The notes below the pieces were generated by a model. The model worked only from the letters and a program-made list of their open reading frames with translations, ran no database searches and was not told where the DNA came from. A program made the position numbers and the translations under genes. From the IMG/VR virus record IMGVR_UViG_3300010396_000028, positions 1-42,086 of that record: DNA of 42,086 nucleotides. One strand, 5' to 3'. The stretch is from a virus. Below are positions 29,900-39,086 of the stretch, piece after piece; position 1 is the stretch's first letter, and the number at the start of each line of letters is the position of its first letter.

Positions 29900-32245
29900 T
29901 TACGCGGTATAGCTCCCCGAAGTGGTAAACTTGATAATGGTGTTTGCCCCGCTTGTTGTGACAGTTGGTGAGCCGGTCGTGGTGCCGCTGTAGTTTGCCG
30001 TTGGAACAGATAGGATAACTACTCCCGATCCCCCAGCTCCCCCTGTGCTCGTAGCGAGCGTTGCTCCTGCACCGCCGCCGCCCCCTGTATTGGCAGAACC
30101 CGCAGTGCCGTTTCCTCCGTTATTAGCAGCCGCTCCGCCACCGCCACTGCCTCCACTTCCGGCTGTATTAGTAGAACTGGCGCCGCCACCGCCGCCACCA
30201 GCATAGGCCACAGAGTTAAACGTACTGCCTGAGCCCCCATTTCCTCCCGCACTGCCGGTGGCATTATTACCGGTTGATCCTGCACCACCGCCGCCGCCGC
30301 CCCAGTATGGCGAACTACCAAGCCCTGATCCGCCTGCGTTTCCTTGGCCAGCAGTTCCCGATCCGCCGGCAGTACTGGTAGTAGGTGCGCCGCCTCCGCC
30401 GCTTCCACCACTAACACCAGCAGTTGAGTCGCCGGCTGAACCTCCGCCGCCCCCACCAGTAGAAGTTACTGTGGTGAGGCCAGAGCCAGACAACACGGAA
30501 TTACTCCCAGAGCCCCCGTGAGCATTTGCACCGGCGGAGCCGCCGCCCCCAACAGTAACGGTATATACTGAACCTGCAGTAAGAGTGCCGCTGCCGGTTT
30601 GATATCCACCAGCACCACCACCTCCGCCTTGGCCACCTCCGCCCCCGCCTCCAGCCACCACTAAATAAGTAGCAGAGTAGTTTTGAATGGGAGTTTTGCT
30701 GTTCATGCCAACGTACGGTACCCATCCCTGCGTGGCGTCTATGTAGACAATGATAGCCCCTTCACGGTCAACAGTGAGGGTTACGTTTGAAGTGCCGCCG
30801 TTAAACTTATTTCCATTAAGTGCGAGCGTTAGGTTGTTGTTTGCAAAAGTGCCCGCATAATCGACAAATGCAATAAACTGTCCTGTGCTAGGAGAAGCAG
30901 GAAGAGTGGCCGTGATACCAGCTGAGCTTGTGTTTACTGGGTAGCCATTACCTGCCACGGCATTGAAGGCACTTGTTTGTACCGCTTGCCAAGAGATATA
31001 AGGCAATAGTCCTGTAACTTGGGATGACGGAAGAGACAGTGCCGATAGAGTGGTTAGCGTGCTATTACTAGAGGCTGTAATATTAGCAGCCGTGCCGGTG
31101 GTGTTTTGGTTTAGAGTGGGGACATCACCCGCAGCTATGGTGCCCCATGCAGGAGCGGCAGAAACAGAACCAGTGCCGGTTTGAGTGAGAAATTGTTTAG
31201 TGGCAGAGGTAGACCCAGCAAGGCGAGCAGGGGTAGGAGTGGCGTTCTCATAAATAAGGTCGCCGAGAGTGGTCATCGGGTTGGAGAAGCCGCTTGGAGG
31301 GGCTGCCCATGTGCCGTCTGCTTTTAAGAATTTACCCGCAGCCGCATCTCCTGCGCCCGGAGCGGGGGCTAACCCATGCGTGCCGCCTGTCCCGCTGTCG
31401 CCGGCCAGGTCGGTAGTATCCCAGTAGTCAGTCTTTGCCGTGGCTGGTGTGAGACCGCCAGTGCCGTTTGCTTTTTGAACAGCCGAGCCTGTAGTAGCTG
31501 CTTGAGTAGCAATAGTGCCTAAACCCAGATTGGTACGGGCTGTTGCTTCATTCGCCAAATCAGAAAGATTGTTTGCTGTCTGTGCAAAAGCAGAAGAGGC
31601 CTGCGTAGCGGCTGTGCCTAATCCAAGATTTGTTCGTGCCGTGGCCGCATTGGCTACGTCGCTTAGGTTGTCGGCGGCATTGAGCGGCGTATATCCTAGA
31701 GCAGCTTGCTTGCTGTTAAACGTGGTCCAGTCGGCGGCACTGAGGGCTCCCGCTTGGGTGGAAGAAGCAGTTTGTATGCTGATTACGCCAGCAGTGTCGG
31801 ATAGCGGAGAAGTGGCGGAAATAGCGGCCTGAGCGCGGGCGGCAGTGAAATATAGGTTTGTGGTGCCTTCCGGCAAAGCGTCGGTGGTGGGGGCATAGGC
31901 AAGCGCGGCAGTGCCCGATCCAAGGTTCACCAGGTCCGAAAAATTGGCAGTAGACTGCGCGGGGATGACGGCAGCGTATTTAGCACTGCGCGACTGGTTG
32001 TTGCCAAGAGGATAGTCAAACTGGAAGGTAACAGAATGAGACAGAGCCTGTGTCTGGATAACAGCAAGGCTCCAAGTGCCATCTGCGGCAGTGGTGGTTT
32101 CTGCAAGAAGGCCGGCAGGAATGTAGTTACCGTGTGTGTCTGTAAAGGCACAGGTGGTGTACACACTTACCGTAGCGCCAGACAGCGCCACAGCATTAGG
32201 ACCGTAGAGTACACCAGATACAGTGCATGTAGTAGGAGCTGGCAT
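29900..32245 (-). CDS. Tail fibre protein with a C-terminal glycine-rich domain
   Basis: 781 aa. Two copies of NLSD(V/L)AN.ATARTNLGLGT.ATQA. The C-terminal ~250 aa contain GGGGGG runs and a YSATYLVVAGGGGGGG...VYTVTVGGGG pattern. Confidence 0.75.
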   Translation of the reverse strand: MPAPTTCTVSGVLYGPNAVALSGATVSVYTTCAFTDTHGNYIPAGLLAETTTAADGTWSLAVIQTQALSHSVTFQFDYPLGNNQSRSAKYAAVIPAQSTANFSDLVNLGSGTAALAYAPTTDALPEGTTNLYFTAARAQAAISATSPLSDTAGVISIQTASSTQAGALSAADWTTFNSKQAALGYTPLNAADNLSDVANAATARTNLGLGTAATQASSAFAQTANNLSDLANEATARTNLGLGTIATQAATTGSAVQKANGTGGLTPATAKTDYWDTTDLAGDSGTGGTHGLAPAPGAGDAAAGKFLKADGTWAAPPSGFSNPMTTLGDLIYENATPTPARLAGSTSATKQFLTQTGTGSVSAAPAWGTIAAGDVPTLNQNTTGTAANITASSNSTLTTLSALSLPSSQVTGLLPYISWQAVQTSAFNAVAGNGYPVNTSSAGITATLPASPSTGQFIAFVDYAGTFANNNLTLALNGNKFNGGTSNVTLTVDREGAIIVYIDATQGWVPYVGMNSKTPIQNYSATYLVVAGGGGGGGQGGGGGAGGYQTGSGTLTAGSVYTVTVGGGGSAGANAHGGSGSNSVLSGSGLTTVTSTGGGGGGSAGDSTAGVSGGSGGGGAPTTSTAGGSGTAGQGNAGGSGLGSSPYWGGGGGGAGSTGNNATGSAGGNGGSGSTFNSVAYAGGGGGGASSTNTAGSGGSGGGGAAANNGGNGTAGSANTGGGGGAGATLATSTGGAGGSGVVILSVPTANYSGTTTGSPTVTTSGANTIIKFTTSGSYTA

Positions 32246-34605
32246 TAAGTTCTCATTCCCAAATCTGCGTAGACAATAGAGAAGCCATATAGGAGTACAG
32301 GCTGTTCACTGTTGCTGTTACGAAAACGCAGCTTGATGGTTTCGCCTTGGTTGTTGTTGTAAGGAGTGGCGGCTAGGTTGAATATCAGCCGTTTAGGGTG
32401 CGGGTGGAAATCGTCCCACTTGGCCACGTCCCAGAATGCAATATCCCACAAGGCGTCGTCAGATTGATTGGCGGTGGTGATGGTTTGGAAGTTGGTAGAC
32501 GCTTCGCTGTCATCGAGACGGAAATCGGTCCAGTAGTCTAGGTACAGCGGCCAGTTCCCAACGTTCTCAACCCAAGCAATGACCTGGAAAAACTGTTTAT
32601 ACGCACCAAGCTTTTGCATATCAAAATCTTTAGTGACGTAGGACCAGGTGTAATCGTTGGGGCCTATTCCGGTTGTGGCATAGAACTGGCGATAGGTGTA
32701 TCCAGCGTTATCTCCCGACAACACCACGTATTCCTGGCTAGCACTTGTTGGGAATATGAAAGCGGCGGAAGCATATACAGGGTTATTAACTATGCCTTGT
32801 AGGAAAATGCCGTCAATTACCCGCTGGTTCATCATGGGCGTAATTTGCTGTAGGGTGAGCTTCAAATCCAATTTGAGTATGTAAACTTGCTCGCCGTAGT
32901 CCAGGTGGGACAAAAACCAGACGATTTGGTTCTTGTCGCGGAGGAACTGTCCGCTGCCGAGAGATAGCTTGGCTAAGTCGAGCTTCCCATCAACGCTCCA
33001 CAACTGCTCGATGGGCCGGCTGAGATAGATGGGCTTGCTAAGGCCGTCCCACAGGTAAATGCCGCGGTTATCGATGTAAACTAAATGGCCACCAGCCGTG
33101 ACAACGAGTGGCTGTGCAATGGTGCCAGATGCATCTACAAACTTTAGTATCCAATCAGTGTAAGAAGAGCCTGAAATGACCCACAGCTCGGCCTCTTTAA
33201 ACACACACAAGAATTCATCCGTGGATTGCGCGTTGGGCGAGAAACTGACAATGGCGAGCGCGGTAATGGCGCCGCCACTAGGTACGGGAATGGTGTTTGT
33301 AAGGGGCCAGCTTTCTGGTTTGTCCAGGTCGCTTATGTAAACAGTGCTGCCACTAGCTACCACAGCGCGACGTTTCCACAATGCAAGCGTATTGTACGTT
33401 CCGGTGGGCAGAACGTTGTTATCAAGAATGACGTTGCCTGGGCGCGGAGTATTTTGGCTGTCGTCGATGCTGTCGCCGCCGTCTACGAACTTGCTATTAT
33501 ACGAGGAGCTGCTGGGATCGATTTCGGCCACAATGTCGCCGGTAGTGAACAGAGACGCGCCATTGAAGGCGCTACGCCACAGCACTATACGGTCGTAGAG
33601 GGTGGAGTCAAGGTTAGTAAGGCCGGATAGGGAAATGGTCTGTACGCCGGTTGTATCGGTAACTGAGGCTTTAACGTCCAGCACCACGTTAGAAAGAGCT
33701 TGTGTGCTTTTCTTTCTATATTGCACACCATAATAGTAGGTGCCCGTGGCTGGCCAATGGCCCGTGCTAGCAATGGTCTCGGCTACTGATAAGCTGCCGG
33801 TAGGTACCTGGCATCCATTTTCAGTCACCTGTGTCACTACAGGCCAGGAGGCGCCGCCATTGGTTAGGAATGTAGCAGCCATGGCGGTGCAAGTGGATAC
33901 GCGCGAGAAAATGACGTTAACCAGAGCAGCGGCAGCGGTGTTGTTTAATATGGCCGAGGTTATCTGCGCAGTGGTGCTAGAGCCAGATTGAATGGACACA
34001 GAAATGGCCGTGTCCGTTACGGTGACAATTTCCGAGCCCGCAGCGCCGCCGATGACAAATGCTACAGATATACTGTTGCCGCTGGTGTCTGCTTTGTTTG
34101 CCGTGAAGGTGAGGTTTTGAACAGAGAGTGTGGCGTTGGCCGCTTGTTGTGTGCTTAGTACACCTCGTGGGAAGGCCATGCCGCCGCCTGTAAGCCATAG
34201 AACATCCGCGCTGGGTGATGTGTACATGGCGCTAAGCACAGGTTGTATGGTGCCAGAGGTAAGAAAGTCTGTAGCGGCGCTCGCAGTGTCGTCGGCTAAA
34301 TTAGTAAAGCCGCCCTGCAACGTCATGAGCTGCACTTTGGTGCCGGCAGCCCGAATAATGGTCTTTGCGCTGTTCTGGGTGTTACGAAGCGCCAGCCCTA
34401 ACGTGCGCAGCTGGCTGTCAGCGGCGGAGTTTACACGGGAGGGACAAAAACTCTTCTGTATGGCTCCGCGTACAGTGTATTCGAAGTTGTAGCCGTCAGT
34501 GTGTTGCCCCTCTTGCACAATAAACGGCGAATCGGACAGGTTTAACCCTCCGATGTTCGCTTGAAAATGTGCCACGATCTTTTGGACCGCTTGTTGCTGG
34601 GGCAT
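32245..34605 (-). CDS. Large tail protein (tail tubular/nozzle or spike-like, 786 aa)
   Basis: Largest ORF of the tail module. TAATG coupling to the fibre gene. The function is assigned by size and position only. Confidence 0.45.
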   Translation of the reverse strand: MPQQQAVQKIVAHFQANIGGLNLSDSPFIVQEGQHTDGYNFEYTVRGAIQKSFCPSRVNSAADSQLRTLGLALRNTQNSAKTIIRAAGTKVQLMTLQGGFTNLADDTASAATDFLTSGTIQPVLSAMYTSPSADVLWLTGGGMAFPRGVLSTQQAANATLSVQNLTFTANKADTSGNSISVAFVIGGAAGSEIVTVTDTAISVSIQSGSSTTAQITSAILNNTAAAALVNVIFSRVSTCTAMAATFLTNGGASWPVVTQVTENGCQVPTGSLSVAETIASTGHWPATGTYYYGVQYRKKSTQALSNVVLDVKASVTDTTGVQTISLSGLTNLDSTLYDRIVLWRSAFNGASLFTTGDIVAEIDPSSSSYNSKFVDGGDSIDDSQNTPRPGNVILDNNVLPTGTYNTLALWKRRAVVASGSTVYISDLDKPESWPLTNTIPVPSGGAITALAIVSFSPNAQSTDEFLCVFKEAELWVISGSSYTDWILKFVDASGTIAQPLVVTAGGHLVYIDNRGIYLWDGLSKPIYLSRPIEQLWSVDGKLDLAKLSLGSGQFLRDKNQIVWFLSHLDYGEQVYILKLDLKLTLQQITPMMNQRVIDGIFLQGIVNNPVYASAAFIFPTSASQEYVVLSGDNAGYTYRQFYATTGIGPNDYTWSYVTKDFDMQKLGAYKQFFQVIAWVENVGNWPLYLDYWTDFRLDDSEASTNFQTITTANQSDDALWDIAFWDVAKWDDFHPHPKRLIFNLAATPYNNNQGETIKLRFRNSNSEQPVLLYGFSIVYADLGMRT

Positions 34606-34608
34606 TTA

Positions 34609-34911
34609 TTAACCTAAAGAGTAGTGAACAACTGCTGCTGCGCCTGTTCCGCTGATAGAGCAGTAAAGACCGGCGTTGGCCTGTATACCGCCCTCAGGAA
34701 TGTAGAGGCTGGCCGAAGAGGATGCTCCGGGAACAATTAATTTAGCCAAAACAGTTCCAGAGCCTGCGCTGGGGTTGTCGTAAATGATGACAGTGGCGGC
34801 GTTGGTGCCGTCAGTAAGAACGATGAGGCCTTGAAGTCTTCCGTTGATGGTTGACAGCGCTTTAGAAGAAGAAAGCAGGCCAGATGATTGTGCGGCACAT
34901 AGATGACTCAT
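34609..34911 (-). CDS. Hypothetical structural protein (100 aa)
   Basis: ORF packed between the adaptor-like gene and the large tail gene. Confidence 0.5.
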   Translation of the reverse strand: MSHLCAAQSSGLLSSSKALSTINGRLQGLIVLTDGTNAATVIIYDNPSAGSGTVLAKLIVPGASSSASLYIPEGGIQANAGLYCSISGTGAAAVVHYSLG

Positions 34912-34920
34912 GATTTTCCT

Positions 34921-35607
34921 TTAGTTCACTTCCCAGGGAACAACGTAGGTGGGGAAACGGCTGCGCTTGCTGCTCAGCTCGCGAAATTGTTTGAAAAGAT
35001 CGGCGAAATTGGCCAAGGCATTTTCGTGTACCGAAACACCGTTGCACAGACTCTCTTTAAGCTTGGCTTGGTAAATGGCATACTTCTCAATGCACTGGAA
35101 AAACAACACGCAGATTTGATTTGTCACTTGGTCAGCGCCGTCTGTCAGAGCAGCGGGTAGCTGTATGTACTCCAAGAGAAGGCCGCCAGTTTCGTTAAAT
35201 GTCGGAGGAGGGCGCAGAACAATGTTATTGCCGCGAAAGAAATAATAGGGAACGTATGTCTCGGAATTTGTTCCGGCGCTCGTGTAGTAGCTCTTAGTGA
35301 GATCATTGATATATGGCAGGCGGATGTTTTGGGTTGGCAATACTTTGAACAAACCCAGACACACGAAGAAGTCAGAGGGAAGCGCAATGGTGTCAGCACC
35401 AGATACAATGTTTAGGGAGGTGACGGTTGCGCCTTGGCCTTCGTTTACACTAGACAGCTCCGCCATGAGAATGCGAATGGCCTCGTTGTTGTAACGAGTA
35501 AGTTCGGTGTCGGACCAAAAGCTGTTATTCGGGTCAGGCTGGTTAAGCATGTCCCGCTCAGCTTCAATCAAACTCTGCAATGTCGGAGCTATCAGTGGTG
35601 TGGACAT
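34921..35607 (-). CDS. Putative head-tail adaptor/connector protein (228 aa)
   Basis: Assigned by its position between the capsid and tail genes and by its size. No diagnostic motif. Confidence 0.35.
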   Translation of the reverse strand: MSTPLIAPTLQSLIEAERDMLNQPDPNNSFWSDTELTRYNNEAIRILMAELSSVNEGQGATVTSLNIVSGADTIALPSDFFVCLGLFKVLPTQNIRLPYINDLTKSYYTSAGTNSETYVPYYFFRGNNIVLRPPPTFNETGGLLLEYIQLPAALTDGADQVTNQICVLFFQCIEKYAIYQAKLKESLCNGVSVHENALANFADLFKQFRELSSKRSRFPTYVVPWEVN

Positions 35608-36149
35608 TAACTTTCCTTAGAGGGTGCGTCTTCTTCTTTGGCGGGTTCTGCCGCTTTCTTATTGAGCATTCCGCTCTGTGATGCTTTGAGGCGGGCAAGG
35701 CCGATACGCGCGTGCTCTGCGTCTGCCTTGGCGGTGTCTTCTTGCTTGCGCTGGTAGGCCAGCAGTTCGTCAATGGCCGAAAGGTCGCCCTTAGTGGCAT
35801 ACACGCTGATATCAGCTTTGATGTTGGCGGTGTCGAGGTCGCTGCGAAGGCCCACTTGAAGGTTGTTTACCTGCGTTTGGAGATGAGAAATTCTCTTGGA
35901 TATGCCGACGGTCTTAGCTTCGGCCAATTCTGCGATGCCATCCTCGCTTTTTGCATAGGAAGGGTCATCAAACTTCTCCGACACAGTCACCAGGCCCAAG
36001 TAGCCTTTGTTGCTGTTGAGAAAATGGCCGATTTCAGGGCGCATGCGCTTAATCTGTCCCGGTTTAAAAGAAAACCAGTTACCGAAAGCTTTGCACTCGA
36101 CGGTCTTGTCAAGGGGGTTATACACAAATACGTCTTGGTTCAGGTCCAT
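35607..36149 (-). CDS. Hypothetical late protein (180 aa) with a coiled-coil C-terminal half
   Basis: ORF with 1-nt TAATG-type coupling to the downstream gene. Confidence 0.5.
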   Translation of the reverse strand: MDLNQDVFVYNPLDKTVECKAFGNWFSFKPGQIKRMRPEIGHFLNSNKGYLGLVTVSEKFDDPSYAKSEDGIAELAEAKTVGISKRISHLQTQVNNLQVGLRSDLDTANIKADISVYATKGDLSAIDELLAYQRKQEDTAKADAEHARIGLARLKASQSGMLNKKAAEPAKEEDAPSKES

Positions 36150-36157
36150 ACAGTTAC

Positions 36158-36685
36158 TTAACCTTTTATGCCTTTGAGAAAGGCGCCAAGGTCGGCTCCT
36201 TCAGAGACAAGAGAGGCAAACTTTTTCCACTCTTGCTTATGTTGTTTGAGGTCGTAGCGCATTTCTTCGTTAGCGTTCTTGCGAACTTTTTGCTCATGCT
36301 CGACGGCTACGTTTTCGAGATGTGCATCAAAATCTTTGTACTTCCACGCGTCCATGGATTTAATTTTTCCAAGCAGCCCGTAATGCAAAACAGGGCAGTC
36401 TAGAACGTGGTGAATGAAATCTACTTCCTTGCGCTCATACGTGTAGAGCTTGCTGCCATCATCAAGTGTTCCGTGGCACACCATCGTAGGATATTCAGGG
36501 GCTCGGCGTATTTCCCAGCAACCTCTCCCGTCTAGCTTGTCGGTATTCCATTTGATGTATAAATATCTGTCGTAAAACTTGAGGGAGCGCTCTAGAGCAT
36601 CTTTATTGCAATCCAAAACAGAACCAGTGACAACACGTCCAAAACCACTAAGTTTATGGCTAGGCTTCTGCATCGTTTTTCCCAT
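36158..36685 (-). CDS. Hypothetical late protein (175 aa)
   Basis: ORF in the late operon. Confidence 0.5.
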   Translation of the reverse strand: MGKTMQKPSHKLSGFGRVVTGSVLDCNKDALERSLKFYDRYLYIKWNTDKLDGRGCWEIRRAPEYPTMVCHGTLDDGSKLYTYERKEVDFIHHVLDCPVLHYGLLGKIKSMDAWKYKDFDAHLENVAVEHEQKVRKNANEEMRYDLKQHKQEWKKFASLVSEGADLGAFLKGIKG

Positions 36686-36905
36686 CTTTGTCGTTCATGG
36701 ATGGATGTCGGCGAGCCGCATACAATGCGCCCAGTGACCCGACAGAAGCTGCGAAATCCCCACCGCCAAAAGCGCTTAAATGTAATGCTCCAAGCTCTAG
36801 ACCCGAAAAGCACATTTTTGCCAAACATACGGCAAAGCCAACTACCAAAAGGGTCAGCGTAACGGAGGGCTCTTTCGTCTTCGGGTCTGTCAGCCATATG
36901 GTCAT
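36660..36905 (-). CDS. Possible small membrane protein (81 aa)
   Basis: ATG 36905 follows GAGGGG, which forms part of the post-capsid hairpin. One hydrophobic helix. Overlaps the next ORF by 26 nt. Confidence 0.35.
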   Translation of the reverse strand: MTIWLTDPKTKEPSVTLTLLVVGFAVCLAKMCFSGLELGALHLSAFGGGDFAASVGSLGALYAARRHPSMNDKDGKNDAEA

Positions 36906-36913
36906 AAAATATA

Positions 36914-36934
36914 CCCCTCTATGAGGCCGAGGGG
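36914..36934 (-). terminator. Hairpin CCCCUC-N9-GAGGGG followed by UAUAUUUUAU, directly after the capsid gene (leaky terminator or attenuator candidate)
   Basis: 6-bp GC stem and a U-rich tail on the minus-strand RNA, 15 nt after the capsid stop. Confidence 0.4.
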
Positions 36935-36948
36935 CTAGGCACTAGTTC

Positions 36949-38163
36949 TTAGGAAACGCCAGCAGGGGTTGCTAGACCAGTAATCATCCCGAAGCCGTTA
37001 CGCTTGCCTGTTCCCAGGTTCACGTAATGTCTCCAGTAGGATTGATAGAGGTCGAAGTTGGCCATGCGGAGAAACTTATCGCTTCCATCATGGGTTCCGA
37101 CTTCGAGGGCAGCCAGCTCAAACTTCTCAAGCAGCTTCTTGGCGAAGGCATAGACAGTGTTGTTCTGGCAGTCTACGTCAAGCCACAGCTCAATGCCGTT
37201 GAACTCAAGCTTTTGAAAGCCGGCGTCCATTTTCTGTTCAGCATAGCGCTTCTGAGGCACCACGATATCGAGGTACTTCCTGCGCTGCTGGCGGTGCATG
37301 ATGAGGGTGTCAACGTTCTCGCCAGAGAGGATGGCTACATCATCGATAATGCGTTGAAGAAGGTCAGACGTGAGGTTTGCACCGCTTGCGTCGATTCTTC
37401 GTCCGCGCCACAGATAGTTGGTAGCTGCCGAGATGTTTTCAAACGTGGTGAGGTTGGTACCGTCGTCGCAGATACCTTGTAGCCCCATCATTTCTTTTCC
37501 GTCAGCAGGAGCGCTGTTGAGGATGTTTTGCTTCACGAGCGATGCACTGGAGGTCAAAGCCGCACCTACCGACGTGGAGAAACCAACAATGTTGTTTACC
37601 TTGTCAACATAGGATACGCGGAGAGCCGTAGCCACGAGCGAGCTGGACAGGGTGACATCGAGCACCATATTCTGACGAATATATTGCGTGCTGGTAACAG
37701 TGAAGGAGGTGAGGTTAGAAGCTACGTTCCCAGCGGGAGCGCAGATAAAACCGTTTCCGAGGCCATAGAACTGGCGGTTCTCGTCTTTGATAAGACGGTC
37801 ACGAGCGCGTTCCATAGCATCCATTACAACGTTTACAAAGGATTCGTCATCACCTTCGGCAGCTTTGCTTACCAAGCCAGAGAACTGGATTGGAGCTACC
37901 ATGATCTTGGGAGTAACTTTCCATTGTTGATAGTCTTCGCTATCGATTGTGCGGAATTGCTCTTCTTCGTTGATAGCGCCTACAGATTCGTTACCGTAGT
38001 CGTTAACGTCTCCGAAGAAGCCTTCACCGCCCGGTGAATAGTTCTTGCTGCTCTTGACGATTTCATTCATCGCCCGAGCTTCCAAGTTCTGGAGTCGCGA
38101 AACGTTCTTGTCGTAGACCCGTTTCAACGCACCAGCAACTGAGCTTAAATTTGTATCAGCCAT
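36949..38163 (-). CDS. Major capsid protein (HK97-fold type)
   Basis: 404 aa, directly downstream of the scaffold gene. Size, position and sequence character fit a major capsid protein. Followed by a terminator-like hairpin. Confidence 0.75.
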   Translation of the reverse strand: MADTNLSSVAGALKRVYDKNVSRLQNLEARAMNEIVKSSKNYSPGGEGFFGDVNDYGNESVGAINEEEQFRTIDSEDYQQWKVTPKIMVAPIQFSGLVSKAAEGDDESFVNVVMDAMERARDRLIKDENRQFYGLGNGFICAPAGNVASNLTSFTVTSTQYIRQNMVLDVTLSSSLVATALRVSYVDKVNNIVGFSTSVGAALTSSASLVKQNILNSAPADGKEMMGLQGICDDGTNLTTFENISAATNYLWRGRRIDASGANLTSDLLQRIIDDVAILSGENVDTLIMHRQQRRKYLDIVVPQKRYAEQKMDAGFQKLEFNGIELWLDVDCQNNTVYAFAKKLLEKFELAALEVGTHDGSDKFLRMANFDLYQSYWRHYVNLGTGKRNGFGMITGLATPAGVS

Positions 38164-38172
38164 TGCTTACCT

Positions 38173-38955
38173 TTAGATTTCTTTTTCTGCTCTGGAGGAG
38201 TTGAGAGCTTCGCGTTTAATTTCTGCGAGCAGCTCTGCTTTGCTTAAATGCTGTTCCTGTTTGTTGGCTTTCGCCGGAGCACTTTTAGGAAGAGTGGAAG
38301 GCTTGCCAGCTTCTACGCGCTTATTATCGATAAGCTGCTTATTGGCTGTGCGCTCTACACCTTGAAACATTTTGCTTAAGGAGTCGTGTACTTGCTTCAT
38401 TACGGAAGGCAGGTCACTAATGTTTAGCTTTGGATTAGAGTCGGCAACTTGCTTTATCATTGCCTCATACAATCCTCGGCGCTCCTCGGGCACTTTATTT
38501 TCGGTGTAGAAATTGGTCTTTGTGCTGGCTACTTGCTGTTGAGCAGTTTGCGCACTAGACGTTTGTCTCCACTGGTTAAAGTCGTCAATTTGCTGGCGCG
38601 CGGTCTTCAATTCATCACGCATGTTTTTAACAAGCGCTCCGAACTGTGGATCAATGCCAGCCAAGCGTTCCATAAGCTCATCCCGTTCTGCGGGAGTGGC
38701 TTTCTTCACTTGGTCTTGAAGGCTTTGTAATACTTTCGCTTGCGCCTCGATTTGTTCCTTGAACGTATTGCGTTCTTGGATCAGCTCTTGAAAGCGCGGG
38801 TGCTTGTGAAACGGAACATTATCTTCGCTAGGTGCAGATGCAGCCGCAGGAGTGGTCTCCGCAGCAGCCCCTTCACCAGAGGTGGGTTGTTGTTCTGTTG
38901 CTTCCGCAGACGATTCGGAAGGAATTGTTTCGTCTTGTTGGTCTTCAAACGACAT
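38173..38955 (-). CDS. Scaffolding protein
   Basis: 260 aa. Acidic, disordered N-terminus and a long helical Gln/Glu/Lys-rich body. Immediately upstream of the capsid gene. Confidence 0.65.
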   Translation of the reverse strand: MSFEDQQDETIPSESSAEATEQQPTSGEGAAAETTPAAASAPSEDNVPFHKHPRFQELIQERNTFKEQIEAQAKVLQSLQDQVKKATPAERDELMERLAGIDPQFGALVKNMRDELKTARQQIDDFNQWRQTSSAQTAQQQVASTKTNFYTENKVPEERRGLYEAMIKQVADSNPKLNISDLPSVMKQVHDSLSKMFQGVERTANKQLIDNKRVEAGKPSTLPKSAPAKANKQEQHLSKAELLAEIKREALNSSRAEKEI

Positions 38956-39086
38956 TGATGTGTCCTACTGTTACGTGCATATACCCGGCACGACGGGCTA
39001 CTGTAGGTTTACAATAGTTACTTGGTTGTTTACTCAGAGCCTTGCTTGTAACCAGCAAGGCCTTGGAGTGAGCTGGACGGGGCTCG

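Noticed and set aside
30019-30725. Several ORFs on both strands within the fibre 3' region, and similar ones at 28036..28337.
   Set aside because: They are artefacts of GGN/NCC-rich DNA encoding the glycine-rich domains. The long fibre frame is continuous and carries the fibre repeats.
29900-32245. Diversity-generating retroelement (template/variable repeats) in the fibre gene.
   Set aside because: The internal repeat (..ATARTNLGLGT.ATQA..) is an ordinary in-frame fibre repeat. No reverse transcriptase or adenine-specific mismatched repeat pair exists anywhere in the genome.
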